64,000 bases of DNA from assembly GCF_003334765.1 (NCBI RefSeq), contig NZ_QOWT01000020.1. The stretch is one strand, 5' to 3'. This document shows, one piece after another, positions 34,864-46,857 of this stretch (position 1 is the stretch's first letter; every line of letters begins with the position of its first letter). The position numbers were made by a program, and so were the translations under genes. The notes beneath the pieces are model-generated. The model had not been told where the DNA came from. It ran no database searches and was given only the letters and a program-made list of their open reading frames with translations. Origin of the DNA: Escherichia coli (GTDB lineage: Bacteria; Pseudomonadota; Gammaproteobacteria; Enterobacterales; Enterobacteriaceae).

Positions 34864-35567
34864 AGGTCGCTCACATCCTTAAGCGTTACCGGGCATTCAG
34901 ACTGGACAGTTAATGGCTGCCAGGGAAGCGTGGCATAGAAACGATCGCTTCCCGCTGCCAGCTCTTCGAACATACGACTCCCGGCGCTATCGTATTTGTA
35001 CAGGGTTAGCGCCTCGCGTAGCGAAGTGTTGTCTTCGCACTGAGAAGATTGCCAGTAGAGACGTCCTAACGAATAGGCGGAAAAATAGTGCATCCAGCTG
35101 TGATAGTAATGGTGAGCTCGTACATAGACGCGCGATTGCAGCCATAAACTCTCTTCTTCCGTCAGCCACTTGTTGAGCACACCGACCCGTGACAGAAACC
35201 CCATTCGAACATAATCCCAGGCTTTGATTCCCCCTTCCCCACAGCACATAGCGGTTTGGGCAACGAATTGGGTATAAATCAACCCTCTCTCCGAGCCACC
35301 AGCAATTAATGCTTTCCACTCTTCAGGGGAAGAGCGATGCCATGTCAGATATAAGCCAGCTAAATCATTGGCATGACCATCATCAGTCATCTGATAAATA
35401 GTCTGAATTAAATCATCACGATTATTTATTCCCCAGGATGATGAGAGCTCGAATTCTTTTATCCCAGTATACATTTTTGGCGAGTCATGCGCGGGTTTGC
35501 AACCCTGATTAAGTATTTCCATGGGCGCAGAAAGCGCAAAAAGAAGATATTGTTCTTCCTTATTCAT
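34860..35567 (-). CDS. ybeU: DUF1266-family protein YbeU
   Basis: 235-aa ORF; stop overlaps the djlC start by 4 nt; paralogue of the ORF at 37657..38364. Confidence 0.9.
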
Positions 35568-35668
35568 TTGTTAATAATCCCTTAAGTGCATTAACTGACT
35601 ACTTTTTTATTATTGATGAGTATAAACTTGACGCTTTCAAAATAAAAAGAAAATCGAAGCATTCACAC

Positions 35669-36223
35669 ATGAATAAAAAATTAATGTATATATTCGCAAT
35701 TTTTATAGTTGCAGCAATTACCTGTATTAGCCAACCCAAGAAAACGACGTTGCGTGATAAAGCCATGGTGAATTATGCCTTTGATTATTTAAGCTCACCG
35801 GGCAGTCTTCCATTCACCACGGCAGCCACGGAGCTTTCCGCGATTCATGGTCACTCAACGTCGCAATATCGCCTTGGAGAATTTTATCTTCATGGTAGCG
35901 ACGGTAAACCACTGGATTATACACAGGCGAGATACTGGTATGAGCAATCAGCGGAACAGGAAAATCCACGCGCGCAAAGTAAACTGGGGTGGATCTACCT
36001 CAAAGGTCTGGGGGTCAAACCCGACACCCGTAAAGCAATTCTCTGGTATAAGGAAGCAGCTGAACAAGGGTATGCTCATGCTCAATATACTTTAGGTTTG
36101 ATCTACAGAAATGGCTCAGGTATTAATGTTAACCATTATGAATCTCAAAAATGGTTAAAACTGGCCGCCAAACAACATTACAAAAATGCGGAAAGATTAC
36201 TTGCCGGGCTTCCCGCACATTAA
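35669..36223 (+). CDS. ybeT: Sel1-repeat protein YbeT with N-terminal hydrophobic segment
   Basis: 184-aa [23 protein letters not shown] followed by Sel1-like repeats (…A(Q/E)xGxxxAQYxLGxxY…). Confidence 0.85.
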
Positions 36224-36232
36224 CGTCGACTG

Positions 36233-37660
36233 TCACCCGAACAGATGGAGTATTTTCCCTATCAAACCAGCAAAGATAAAAATATAGAAAATAATTTTAA
36301 TGATGCCCAGACAGCCAGGCCCACCATCGTCAACGGGCATTGGCTGCGGTTGCGGCTCCGGTTCAACAGTTTGCTTCTCGGTAAAATTCGCCGCCTGAAT
36401 TAATAATCGACGAATAATTAATGCTTCCAGTGGACAACGATTTTCTGCATCAAGGCGGCTCACAATCGGCATTAATGATTCTTCTGTAGGTTGGCAGGCC
36501 TGCACTAATTGTTTGGCAACTAGATATAATGGCCATAAGGTATGTTCTGTATCACGCGTGAGTGAGATCCGCGGCTTACGTCCTTTGTGCAAAACCATCT
36601 CGACCAGTGAACGCCCCAGCGCAGAGAGTTTTTCATCGCTGAGTATTTCGTATAAATGAAAACGCGTACGGGCGCTGTCGCCGGGGACATAAAGTAGCGG
36701 TTTTCCCTGATCGTTAACCAGATCACGCGCTTCAATCATCATCACCAGTAATGGGTAATAATCGACCCGATGCTGACGGCACCATTGCAACATTAAAGCA
36801 TCCGCCTGGGTGGAGGGATACTCGCGCCAGTAGTCACAAAGTTCTGCCAACAGGCTTTCGCCTTCTCCACAATAGACGCGTTGCGCGTATTCATAATAAG
36901 GCGCATCTTCATTATCAGGTTCAGTTTCCCGCCATGACTGGGCGTAATCCAGAAGTTCGGGGATATCCAGGCGACCTGCGCTATACCAGCGGAGTAAATT
37001 TCTGTGCAGTTTTGCATCATCGGGGATAATCACTGCGCGATGTTGCGCTAAATACAATGTCAGCCATTGTGGATGCGATGACCAAATCCGAGCGAACATT
37101 TGGTAAAAATCGATGGTGTCATTTTGCACGGCAACGGGCAGATGCAGAATGGTCTGGAAGTTAAAAACATTCCCCTTCGCAATGGCATATAAAAAGGATT
37201 CCAGTTCTTCTTCGTCTATTTCCCCGGTATTTTCCTCCTGTAACCACCGCAATCTTTCTGCTAATAACACCACGCACTCGAAGGATAAATGGGCAGTGTT
37301 CATGGCGATTGTGCACAGCGACCAGCGTAATTCATCAATCTCCTCCATCGAGCAATAATTTAATTGCTGAATGAATCGCTGCCAGGCGGAGGGCAGAAAA
37401 CGTTCACTATCAGAGGCAAGTAACGCACGAAAGGCGAGCAGAATTTCATGTTCTGCTACCTCATATTCTTCTGGTTGCCAAACAGATTTAGCAGGCGACT
37501 GCGCAATCCGTAGCGCCTCCTCATACGCCTGACGAAGTTGTTTAAAACCCTGCGGATCGGTTTCTGGATGAAAGGACGGTAACAGCGCCAGATAAGCGCG
37601 GCGGATAATATCGACGTCAGTCGTTTCCTCTATATCGAGGATCTTCCAGCAATTTTTCAT
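36233..37660 (-). CDS. djlB: J-domain co-chaperone DjlB (YbeS), C-terminal hydrophobic tail
   Basis: 475-aa ORF; J-domain-like N-terminus (…[29 protein letters not shown]). Confidence 0.9.
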
Positions 37661-38364
37661 AGGTCGCTCATATCCTTAAGCGTTTCCGGGCATGCAGAAT
37701 AGTAAGCCAATGGTTGCCAGGACAAGGTAGGGTAATACGCATCATCACTGGCAAATAATTGATAAAACATATCATTGCCGGAATCGTCGTATTCTTTACG
37801 CGCTAAGAATTCGCGTAATAAAGGCAGATGATCATCTTCGGGAGACTGCCAATATTGCCGACCAAAGGTATAACCGGCAAAGTATTGCCGCCAGTTACTA
37901 TAATAACGTAGAGCCCGTAGATGAATGCGCGACTGGATCCATAGACTTTCTTCTTCGCTCAACCAGTTATTAAGTACGCCCATTCGGCTTAAAAAACCCA
38001 TCCGGACATAATCCCAGGCTTTGATTCCCCCTTCGCCACAGCATTCGGCGGTGCTGGCGACAAATTGCGCATAAGCCTGACCTTGCTCATTTAGTTCAGC
38101 AAGATAGTCACGCCATTCACATGGCGAATAACGAAACCAGCGGTGATAAAACCCTGCCAACCGAGCGGCATGACCGTTATCGATCATTCGGTGAATTGTG
38201 CGCAGCAGGTCATCACGGTCATCAATTCCCCATGAGGAAGAAAGGTCAAAAAAGCATGTACCTAAATACATTTTGGGTGATGAATGCGAAGGTAAACAGC
38301 ATTCATTGCGTATTTCCATCGGAGTGGAAAGTGCAAACAATATTTTTTGCGACTCCATGTCCAT
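37657..38364 (-). CDS. ybeR: DUF1266-family protein YbeR
   Basis: 235-aa ORF; stop overlaps the djlB start by 4 nt; shares the [20 protein letters not shown] block with YbeU. Confidence 0.9.
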
Positions 38365-38527
38365 ATAATTTATCCTTAAATATTCATTAAATGAATATTA
38401 GCCGCATTGCGAGGCTCGTTTATTTATACTTTTCTGACGCGACATAATACGCATAAAATAAGGCTTACGCAAAAATGGAACACATAAAAATATAATATGT
38501 TTTATCTGCAACCATAAGGAAATGATA

Positions 38528-39505
38528 ATGATTTTCACGTCAAGTTGCTGCGATAATTTATCAATAGATGAGATTATCGAACGTGCTGAAAAAGGCGATT
38601 GCGAGGCTCAATATATTGTTGGGTTTTATTATAATCGCGATAGCGCAATTGATTCTCCGGACGACGAAAAAGCCTTTTACTGGCTGAAGCTGGCCGCTGA
38701 GCAAGGTCATTGTGAAGCACAGTATTCCTTAGGGCAAAAGTATACCGAGGATAAAAGCCGTCATAAAGATAATGAGCAAGCCATCTTCTGGCTGAAAAAA
38801 GCTGCCCTACAAGGCCATACTTTCGCTTCCAACGCCCTTGGCTGGACACTGGATCGTGGAGAAGCCCCCAATTATAAAGAAGCGGTTGTCTGGTATCAGA
38901 TAGCCGCGGAGAGCGGAATGTCTTATGCGCAAAATAATCTTGGGTGGATGTACAGAAATGGCAACGGAGTCGCAAAAGACTATGCGCTGGCATTTTTCTG
39001 GTACAAACAAGCTGCATTACAAGGCCATAGTGACGCGCAAAACAATCTGGCCGATCTTTATGAAGACGGAAAAGGCGTTGCTCAAAACAAGACACTCGCC
39101 GCATTCTGGTATTTGAAAAGCGCACAGCAGGGTAATCGGCACGCCCAGTTTCAAATTGCATGGGATTATAACGCTGGCGAAGGGGTGGACCAGGACTATA
39201 AGCAAGCGATGTACTGGTATCTGAAGGCTGCCGCTCAGGGGAGCGTCGGCGCTTACGTCAACATCGGTTATATGTATAAACACGGACAAGGCGTTGAGAA
39301 AGATTATCAGGCTGCCTTTGAATGGTTTACGAAAGCCGCTGAATGCAATGACGCCACTGCCTGGTATAACCTGGCCATTATGTATCACTACGGAGAAGGA
39401 AGACCTGTCGATCTCCGACAGGCTCTCGACCTGTATCGTAAAGTTCAGTCATCCGGAACCAGAGATGTCAGTCAGGAAATTCGTGAGACTGAAGATTTAC
39501 TGTAG
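38528..39505 (+). CDS. ybeQ: Sel1-repeat protein YbeQ (no signal peptide)
   Basis: ORF 38522..39505 (MIMIFTSSCC…); about eight Sel1-like repeats; start could be 38522, 38525 or 38528. Confidence 0.85.
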   Translation: MIFTSSCCDNLSIDEIIERAEKGDCEAQYIVGFYYNRDSAIDSPDDEKAFYWLKLAAEQGHCEAQYSLGQKYTEDKSRHKDNEQAIFWLKKAALQGHTFASNALGWTLDRGEAPNYKEAVVWYQIAAESGMSYAQNNLGWMYRNGNGVAKDYALAFFWYKQAALQGHSDAQNNLADLYEDGKGVAQNKTLAAFWYLKSAQQGNRHAQFQIAWDYNAGEGVDQDYKQAMYWYLKAAAQGSVGAYVNIGYMYKHGQGVEKDYQAAFEWFTKAAECNDATAWYNLAIMYHYGEGRPVDLRQALDLYRKVQSSGTRDVSQEIRETEDLL

Positions 39506-39510
39506 AGATA

Positions 39511-39555
39511 AAAACAAGGGCCGGGGAATTTCATTCGGCCCATATTCTCTTTATT
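39511..39555. terminator. bidirectional terminator between convergent ybeQ and ybeL
   Basis: AAAAACAAGGGCCG-loop-CGGCCCATATTCTCTTTATT. Confidence 0.5.
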
Positions 39556-39574
39556 GCTGTGCGAAATCAGACTA

Positions 39575-40057
39575 TTACGGCTCAAACGGGCGTCTCTGGA
39601 ACTGGTCATGACCACATTTCGGGCATAGCGTCAGCACTTCCGGTGTGTAGATCGGGAGATGGAAGTGACATTTCTCGCAGACCAGATTTCCCAGCCCGAC
39701 CACTTCTCCGCTGTGATAAACCCCATGATGATTGAGGTCCTGGAAAACTTCGCGCCATTCAAGCTGCGTTTTATCGGTGATGTCTGCCAGCTCCTGCCAC
39801 AAGCTTTCTTTAATCACCCGCATAAAGACGCTGTCAGATTCTTCTTTCAGGCTCTCTTCATAGCTCATGGCGAACTCTTCCAGGTCACGTCTGACAGCTC
39901 GCGTCAGCTCATCGACCTCGGTTCGCGTTAACTCCCCTGTTTTTATTACGCGCTCGCGCGCCTGTTCCACCAGTGCGTCGATATCACGTTCGCCATTGCG
40001 CAGGCGTTCGCTCAGTGACGCAACCAGTTCACGGTAATATTGAGCAACCTTGTTCAT
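39575..40057 (-). CDS. ybeL: DUF1451 zinc-ribbon protein YbeL
   Basis: 160-aa ORF with C-terminal CxxC…CPxC motif. Confidence 0.85.
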   Translation of the reverse strand: MNKVAQYYRELVASLSERLRNGERDIDALVEQARERVIKTGELTRTEVDELTRAVRRDLEEFAMSYEESLKEESDSVFMRVIKESLWQELADITDKTQLEWREVFQDLNHHGVYHSGEVVGLGNLVCEKCHFHLPIYTPEVLTLCPKCGHDQFQRRPFEP

Positions 40058-40291
40058 CGTTTCATCTCCCGGGTCGTTAACTGACTATAATAATAGACGT
40101 TCTTTGTTCCTTGCTTTGCTAATACGCCCACAAACTCTGTAAATTAATGTATGAATAATCCGGGCATCATTTCAACGTCGAGTGCGCGAAAGGCTGTTTT
40201 GACGCGGACGTTTGGGCTATGCTATGCGGATCTGAAAAACCACCTCAACGCTACATTTGTAGCCGTATTGAAAACAGGACCACTGGCTGCC

Positions 40292-42874
40292 ATGCAAGAG
40301 CAATACCGCCCGGAAGAGATAGAATCCAAAGTACAGCTTCATTGGGATGAGAAGCGCACATTTGAAGTAACCGAAGACGAGAGCAAAGAGAAGTATTACT
40401 GCCTGTCTATGCTTCCCTATCCTTCTGGTCGACTACACATGGGCCACGTACGTAACTACACCATCGGTGACGTGATCGCCCGCTACCAGCGTATGCTGGG
40501 CAAAAACGTCCTGCAGCCGATCGGCTGGGACGCGTTTGGTCTGCCTGCGGAAGGCGCGGCGGTGAAAAACAACACCGCTCCGGCACCGTGGACGTACGAC
40601 AACATCGCGTATATGAAAAACCAGCTCAAAATGCTGGGCTTTGGTTATGACTGGAGCCGCGAGCTGGCAACCTGTACGCCGGAATACTACCGTTGGGAAC
40701 AGAAATTCTTCACCGAGCTGTATAAAAAAGGCCTGGTATATAAGAAGACTTCTGCGGTCAACTGGTGCCCGAACGACCAGACCGTACTGGCGAACGAACA
40801 AGTTATCGACGGCTGCTGCTGGCGCTGCGATACTAAAGTTGAACGTAAAGAGATCCCGCAGTGGTTTATCAAAATCACTGCTTACGCTGACGAGCTGCTC
40901 AACGATCTGGATAAACTGGATCACTGGCCAGACACCGTTAAAACCATGCAGCGTAACTGGATCGGTCGTTCCGAAGGCGTGGAGATCACCTTCAACGTTA
41001 ACGACTATGACAACACGCTGACCGTTTACACTACCCGCCCGGACACCTTTATGGGTTGTACCTACCTGGCGGTAGCTGCGGGTCATCCGCTGGCGCAGAA
41101 AGCGGCGGAAAATAATCCTGAACTGGCGGCCTTTATTGACGAATGCCGTAACACCAAAGTTGCCGAAGCTGAAATGGCGACGATGGAGAAAAAAGGCGTC
41201 GATACTGGCTTTAAAGCGGTTCACCCATTAACGGGCGAAGAAATTCCCGTTTGGGCAGCAAACTTCGTATTGATGGAGTACGGCACGGGCGCAGTTATGG
41301 CGGTACCGGGGCACGACCAGCGCGACTACGAGTTTGCCTCTAAATACGGCCTGAACATCAAACCGGTTATCCTGGCAGCTGACGGCTCTGAGCCAGATCT
41401 TTCTCAGCAAGCCCTGACTGAAAAAGGCGTGCTGTTCAACTCTGGCGAGTTCAACGGTCTTGACCATGAAGCGGCCTTCAACGCCATCGCCGATAAACTG
41501 ACTGCGATGGGCGTTGGCGAGCGTAAAGTGAACTACCGCCTGCGCGACTGGGGTGTTTCCCGTCAGCGTTACTGGGGCGCGCCGATTCCGATGGTGACGC
41601 TGGAAGACGGTACCGTAATGCCGACCCCGGACGACCAGCTGCCGGTGATCCTGCCGGAAGATGTGGTAATGGACGGCATTACCAGCCCGATTAAAGCAGA
41701 TCCGGAGTGGGCGAAAACTACCGTTAACGGTATGCCAGCACTGCGTGAAACCGACACTTTCGACACCTTTATGGAGTCCTCCTGGTACTATGCGCGCTAC
41801 ACTTGCCCGCAGTACAAAGAAGGTATGCTGGATTCCGAAGCGGCTAACTACTGGCTGCCGGTGGATATCTACATTGGTGGTATTGAACACGCCATTATGC
41901 ACCTGCTCTACTTCCGCTTCTTCCACAAACTGATGCGTGATGCAGGCATGGTGAACTCTGACGAACCAGCGAAACAGTTGCTGTGTCAGGGTATGGTGCT
42001 GGCAGATGCCTTCTACTATGTTGGCGAAAACGGCGAACGTAACTGGGTTTCCCCGGTTGATGCTATCGTTGAACGTGACGAGAAAGGCCGTATCGTGAAA
42101 GCGAAAGATGCGGCAGGCCATGAACTGGTTTATACCGGCATGAGCAAAATGTCCAAGTCGAAGAACAACGGTATCGACCCGCAGGTGATGGTTGAACGTT
42201 ACGGCGCGGACACCGTTCGTCTGTTTATGATGTTTGCTTCTCCGGCTGATATGACTCTCGAATGGCAGGAATCCGGTGTGGAAGGGGCTAACCGCTTCCT
42301 GAAACGTGTCTGGAAACTGGTTTACGAGCACACAGCAAAAGGTGATGTTGCGGCACTGAACGTTGATGCGCTGACTGAAAATCAGAAAGCGCTGCGTCGC
42401 GATGTGCATAAAACGATCGCTAAAGTGACCGATGATATCGGCCGTCGTCAGACCTTCAACACCGCAATTGCGGCGATTATGGAGCTGATGAACAAACTGG
42501 CGAAAGCACCAACCGATGGCGAGCAGGATCGCGCTCTGATGCAGGAAGCACTGCTGGCCGTTGTCCGTATGCTTAACCCGTTCACCCCGCACATCTGCTT
42601 CACGCTGTGGCAGGAACTGAAAGGCGAAGGCGATATCGACAACGCGCCGTGGCCGGTTGCTGACGAAAAAGCGATGGTGGAAGACTCCACGCTGGTCGTG
42701 GTGCAGGTTAACGGTAAAGTCCGTGCCAAAATCACCGTTCCGGTGGACGCAACGGAAGAACAGGTTCGCGAACGTGCTGGCCAGGAACATCTGGTAGCAA
42801 AATATCTTGATGGCGTTACTGTACGTAAAGTGATTTACGTACCAGGTAAACTCCTCAATCTGGTCGTTGGCTAA
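40292..42874 (+). CDS. leuS: leucyl-tRNA synthetase
   Basis: ORF 40151..42874; internal start [15 protein letters not shown] gives 860 aa; HMGH and KMSKS motifs. Confidence 0.97.
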
Positions 42875-42888
42875 GCGCGGGAGGAAGC

Positions 42889-43470
42889 GTGCGATATCTG
42901 GCAACATTGTTGTTATCTCTGGCGGTGTTAATCACCGCCGGGTGTGGCTGGCATCTGCGTGATACCACGCAGGTTCCTTCCACTATGAAGGTCATGATCC
43001 TGGACTCAGGCGATCCGAACGGGCCATTAAGCCGTGCGGTGCGTAACCAGTTACGTCTGAATGGTGTCGAGTTGCTTGATAAAGAAACCACGCGTAAGGA
43101 CGTTCCATCCTTGCGTTTGGGTAAAGTGAGCATCGCGAAAGATACCGCATCGGTATTCCGTAACGGTCAAACAGCAGAGTATCAGATGATCATGACGGTT
43201 AATGCGACCGTGTTGATCCCCGGCCGTGATATCTACCCGATTAGCGCCAAAGTCTTCCGTTCGTTCTTCGATAACCCGCAAATGGCGTTAGCGAAAGATA
43301 ACGAACAAGACATGATCGTAAAAGAGATGTACGACCGTGCTGCCGAACAGCTGATTCGTAAGCTGCCAAGCATCCGTGCTGCGGATATTCGTTCCGACGA
43401 AGAACAGACGTCGACCACAACGGATACTCCGGCAACGCCTGCACGCGTCTCCACCACGCTGGGTAACTGA
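42889..43470 (+). CDS. lptE: LPS assembly lipoprotein LptE (RlpB)
   Basis: 193-aa ORF, GTG start, lipobox LITAGC. Confidence 0.93.
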
Positions 43471-44501
43471 TGATTCGGTTGTACCCGGAACAACTCCGCG
43501 CGCAGCTCAATGAAGGGCTGCGCGCGGCGTATCTTTTACTTGGTAACGATCCTCTGTTATTGCAGGAAAGCCAGGACGCTGTTCGTCAGGTAGCTGCGGC
43601 ACAAGGATTCGAAGAACACCACACTTTTTCCATTGATCCCAACACTGACTGGAATGCGATCTTTTCGTTATGCCAGGCTATGAGTCTGTTTGCCAGTCGA
43701 CAAACGCTATTGCTGTTGTTACCAGAAAACGGACCGAATGCGGCGATCAATGAGCAACTTCTCACACTCACCGGACTTCTGCATGACGACCTGCTGTTGA
43801 TCGTCCGCGGTAATAAATTAAGCAAAGCGCAAGAAAATGCCGCCTGGTTTACTGCGCTTGCGAATCGCAGCGTGCAGGTGACCTGTCAGACACCGGAGCA
43901 GGCTCAGCTTCCCCGCTGGGTTGCTGCGCGCGCAAAACAGCTCAACTTAGAACTGGATGACGCGGCAAATCAGGTGCTCTGCTACTGTTATGAAGGTAAC
44001 CTGCTGGCGCTGGCTCAGGCACTGGAGCGTTTATCGCTGCTCTGGCCAGACGGCAAATTGACATTACCGCGCGTTGAACAGGCGGTGAATGATGCCGCGC
44101 ATTTCACCCCTTTTCATTGGGTTGATGCTTTGTTGATGGGAAAAAGTAAGCGCGCATTGCATATTCTTCAGCAACTGCGTCTGGAAGGCAGCGAACCGGT
44201 TATTTTGTTGCGCACATTACAACGTGAACTGTTGTTACTGGTTAACCTGAAACGCCAGTCTGCCCATACGCCACTGCGTGCGTTGTTTGATAAGCATCGG
44301 GTATGGCAGAACCGCCGGGGCATGATGGGCGAGGCGTTAAATCGCTTAAGTCAGACGCAGTTACGTCAGGCCGTGCAACTCCTGACACGAACGGAACTCA
44401 CCCTCAAACAAGATTACGGTCAGTCAGTGTGGGCAGAGCTGGAAGGGTTATCTCTTCTGTTGTGCCATAAACCCCTGGCGGACGTATTTATCGACGGTTG
44501 A
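43470..44501 (+). CDS. holA: DNA polymerase III delta subunit
   Basis: 343-aa [20 protein letters not shown]; overlaps the lptE stop. Confidence 0.95.
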
Positions 44502-44502
44502 T

Positions 44503-45144
44503 ATGAAATCTTTACAGGCTCTGTTTGGCGGCACCTTTGATCCGGTGCACTATGGTCATCTAAAACCCGTGGAAACGCTGGCGAATTTGATTGGTCTGAC
44601 GCGGGTCACAATCATCCCTAATAATGTTCCTCCGCATCGTCCCCAGCCGGAAGCGAACAGCGTGCAGCGTAAACACATGCTTGAACTGGCGATTGCCGAC
44701 AAGCCATTATTTACTCTTGATGAACGCGAGCTAAAGCGCAATGCCCCCTCTTACACTGCGCAAACACTGAAAGAGTGGCGGCAGGAACAAGGACCGGACG
44801 TGCCGCTGGCGTTTATTATTGGTCAGGATTCACTGCTGACCTTTCCGACCTGGTACGAATACGAAACGATACTCGACAATGCACATTTGATCGTCTGTCG
44901 GCGTCCAGGTTACCCACTTGAAATGGCGCAACCGCAATACCAGCAATGGCTGGAAGATCATTTGACACATAACCCGGAAGATCTTCACCTTCAGCCTGCC
45001 GGTAAAATTTATCTGGCTGAAACGCCGTGGTTTAACATCTCGGCGACCATCATCCGCGAACGTTTGCAAAACGGTGAATCATGTGAGGATTTATTGCCGG
45101 AACCGGTACTGACTTACATTAACCAACAAGGCTTGTATCGCTGA
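44503..45144 (+). CDS. nadD: nicotinate-mononucleotide adenylyltransferase
   Basis: 213-aa ORF with [11 protein letters not shown] motif. Confidence 0.97.
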
Positions 45145-45167
45145 TACCTGTCGTTACGGAGGGCATG

Positions 45168-45779
45168 ATGCGACTGTGGTTAATTCGTCATGGTGAAACG
45201 CAAGCGAATATCGATGGTCTTTACAGCGGTCATGCGCCCACCCCCCTGACCGCGCGCGGTATTGAGCAAGCGCAAAATCTGCATACGCTGCTACATGGTG
45301 TTTCCTTTGATCTGGTTTTATGCAGTGAACTGGAACGGGCACAGCATACCGCGCGACTGGTTCTCAGTGACCGCCAGCTCCCCGTGCAAATCATACCTGA
45401 ACTCAACGAAATGTTTTTTGGCGACTGGGAGATGCGACATCATCGCGACCTCATGCAAGAAGATGCCGAAAACTATAGCGCGTGGTGCAATGACTGGCAG
45501 CATGCAATCCCCACGAACGGTGAAGGATTTCAGGCATTTTCGCAACGTGTGGAACGCTTTATCGCAAGGCTTAGTGAATTTCAGCACTATCAGAATATTT
45601 TAGTCGTCAGCCATCAGGGTGTACTGAGTCTGTTAATCGCCCGTTTAATTGGCATGCCTGCCGAGGCTATGTGGCATTTTCGCGTTGACCAGGGGTGTTG
45701 GAGCGCCATTGATATCAACCAAAAATTCGCGACGCTACGCGTCCTCAATAGCCGTGCCATCGGGGTCGAGAATGCATGA
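45168..45779 (+). CDS. cobC: histidine-phosphatase-family adenosylcobalamin/alpha-ribazole phosphatase
   Basis: ORF 45165..45779; RHGET catalytic motif (LIRHGETQAN); second Met chosen (203 aa). Confidence 0.9.
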   Translation: MRLWLIRHGETQANIDGLYSGHAPTPLTARGIEQAQNLHTLLHGVSFDLVLCSELERAQHTARLVLSDRQLPVQIIPELNEMFFGDWEMRHHRDLMQEDAENYSAWCNDWQHAIPTNGEGFQAFSQRVERFIARLSEFQHYQNILVVSHQGVLSLLIARLIGMPAEAMWHFRVDQGCWSAIDINQKFATLRVLNSRAIGVENA

Positions 45780-46020
45780 CTTTTCTGTTTTTTTACGGGT
45801 AAGCCGCAACGACCATTGACAGACCCGGGCAGGCTGATATTCTCCGCAGCCAGACTTTTTCCGCCAGACACGACTTTGTAGAAATTGTTTTACAAAAATG
45901 GCGATGCAATCTGCGGCGCGGGGTGGGATGATAGCCCACTTTCGAAAGCCGATTCGGCGACAATTGTCCCGAAATCGCCTCTGGTTCAGGTATACTGACA
46001 GACCATTTTTATCTATTTGA

Positions 46021-46356
<336 letters not shown>

Positions 46357-46359
46357 TGC

Positions 46360-46827
46360 GTGAAGCTGCAACTTGTCGCCGTGGGAACGAAAATGCCGGA
46401 CTGGGTACAAACCGGTTTTACCGAGTACCTGCGTCGTTTTCCGAAAGATATGCCCTTCGAGCTGATTGAAATTCCGGCCGGAAAACGCGGCAAGAATGCG
46501 GACATCAAGCGCATACTCGACAAAGAGGGTGAGCAGATGTTGGCGGCCGCAGGCAAAAACCGCATTGTCACCCTCGATATTCCAGGCAAGCCCTGGGATA
46601 CGCCGCAGTTAGCCGCTGAGCTGGAACGCTGGAAGCTGGATGGTCGCGACGTCAGTCTACTGATTGGCGGGCCTGAAGGGTTGTCGCCTGCCTGTAAAGC
46701 GGCGGCTGAGCAGAGCTGGTCGCTGTCGGCGCTTACCCTCCCCCATCCGCTGGTTCGCGTGCTGGTCGCAGAGAGTCTGTACCGGGCGTGGAGCATCACC
46801 ACCAACCATCCTTATCACCGTGAGTGA
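46360..46827 (+). CDS. rlmH: 23S rRNA m3-pseudouridine1915 methyltransferase RlmH (YbeA)
   Basis: 155-aa ORF with GTG start; SPOUT fold. Confidence 0.93.
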
Positions 46828-46857
46828 TAAGGGAGCTTTGAGTAGAAAACGCAGCGG

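Noticed and set aside
41228-42907. 559-aa ORF on the minus strand inside leuS, and similar long antisense ORFs (1933..2970 in pgm, 11379..12305 in nagE, 47572..48543 in mrdA, 54775..55623 in lipA, 40433..41224 in leuS)
   Set aside because: Each lies entirely antisense to a confidently recognised conserved gene and has no recognisable motifs; long shadow ORFs are expected opposite GC-rich coding sequence.
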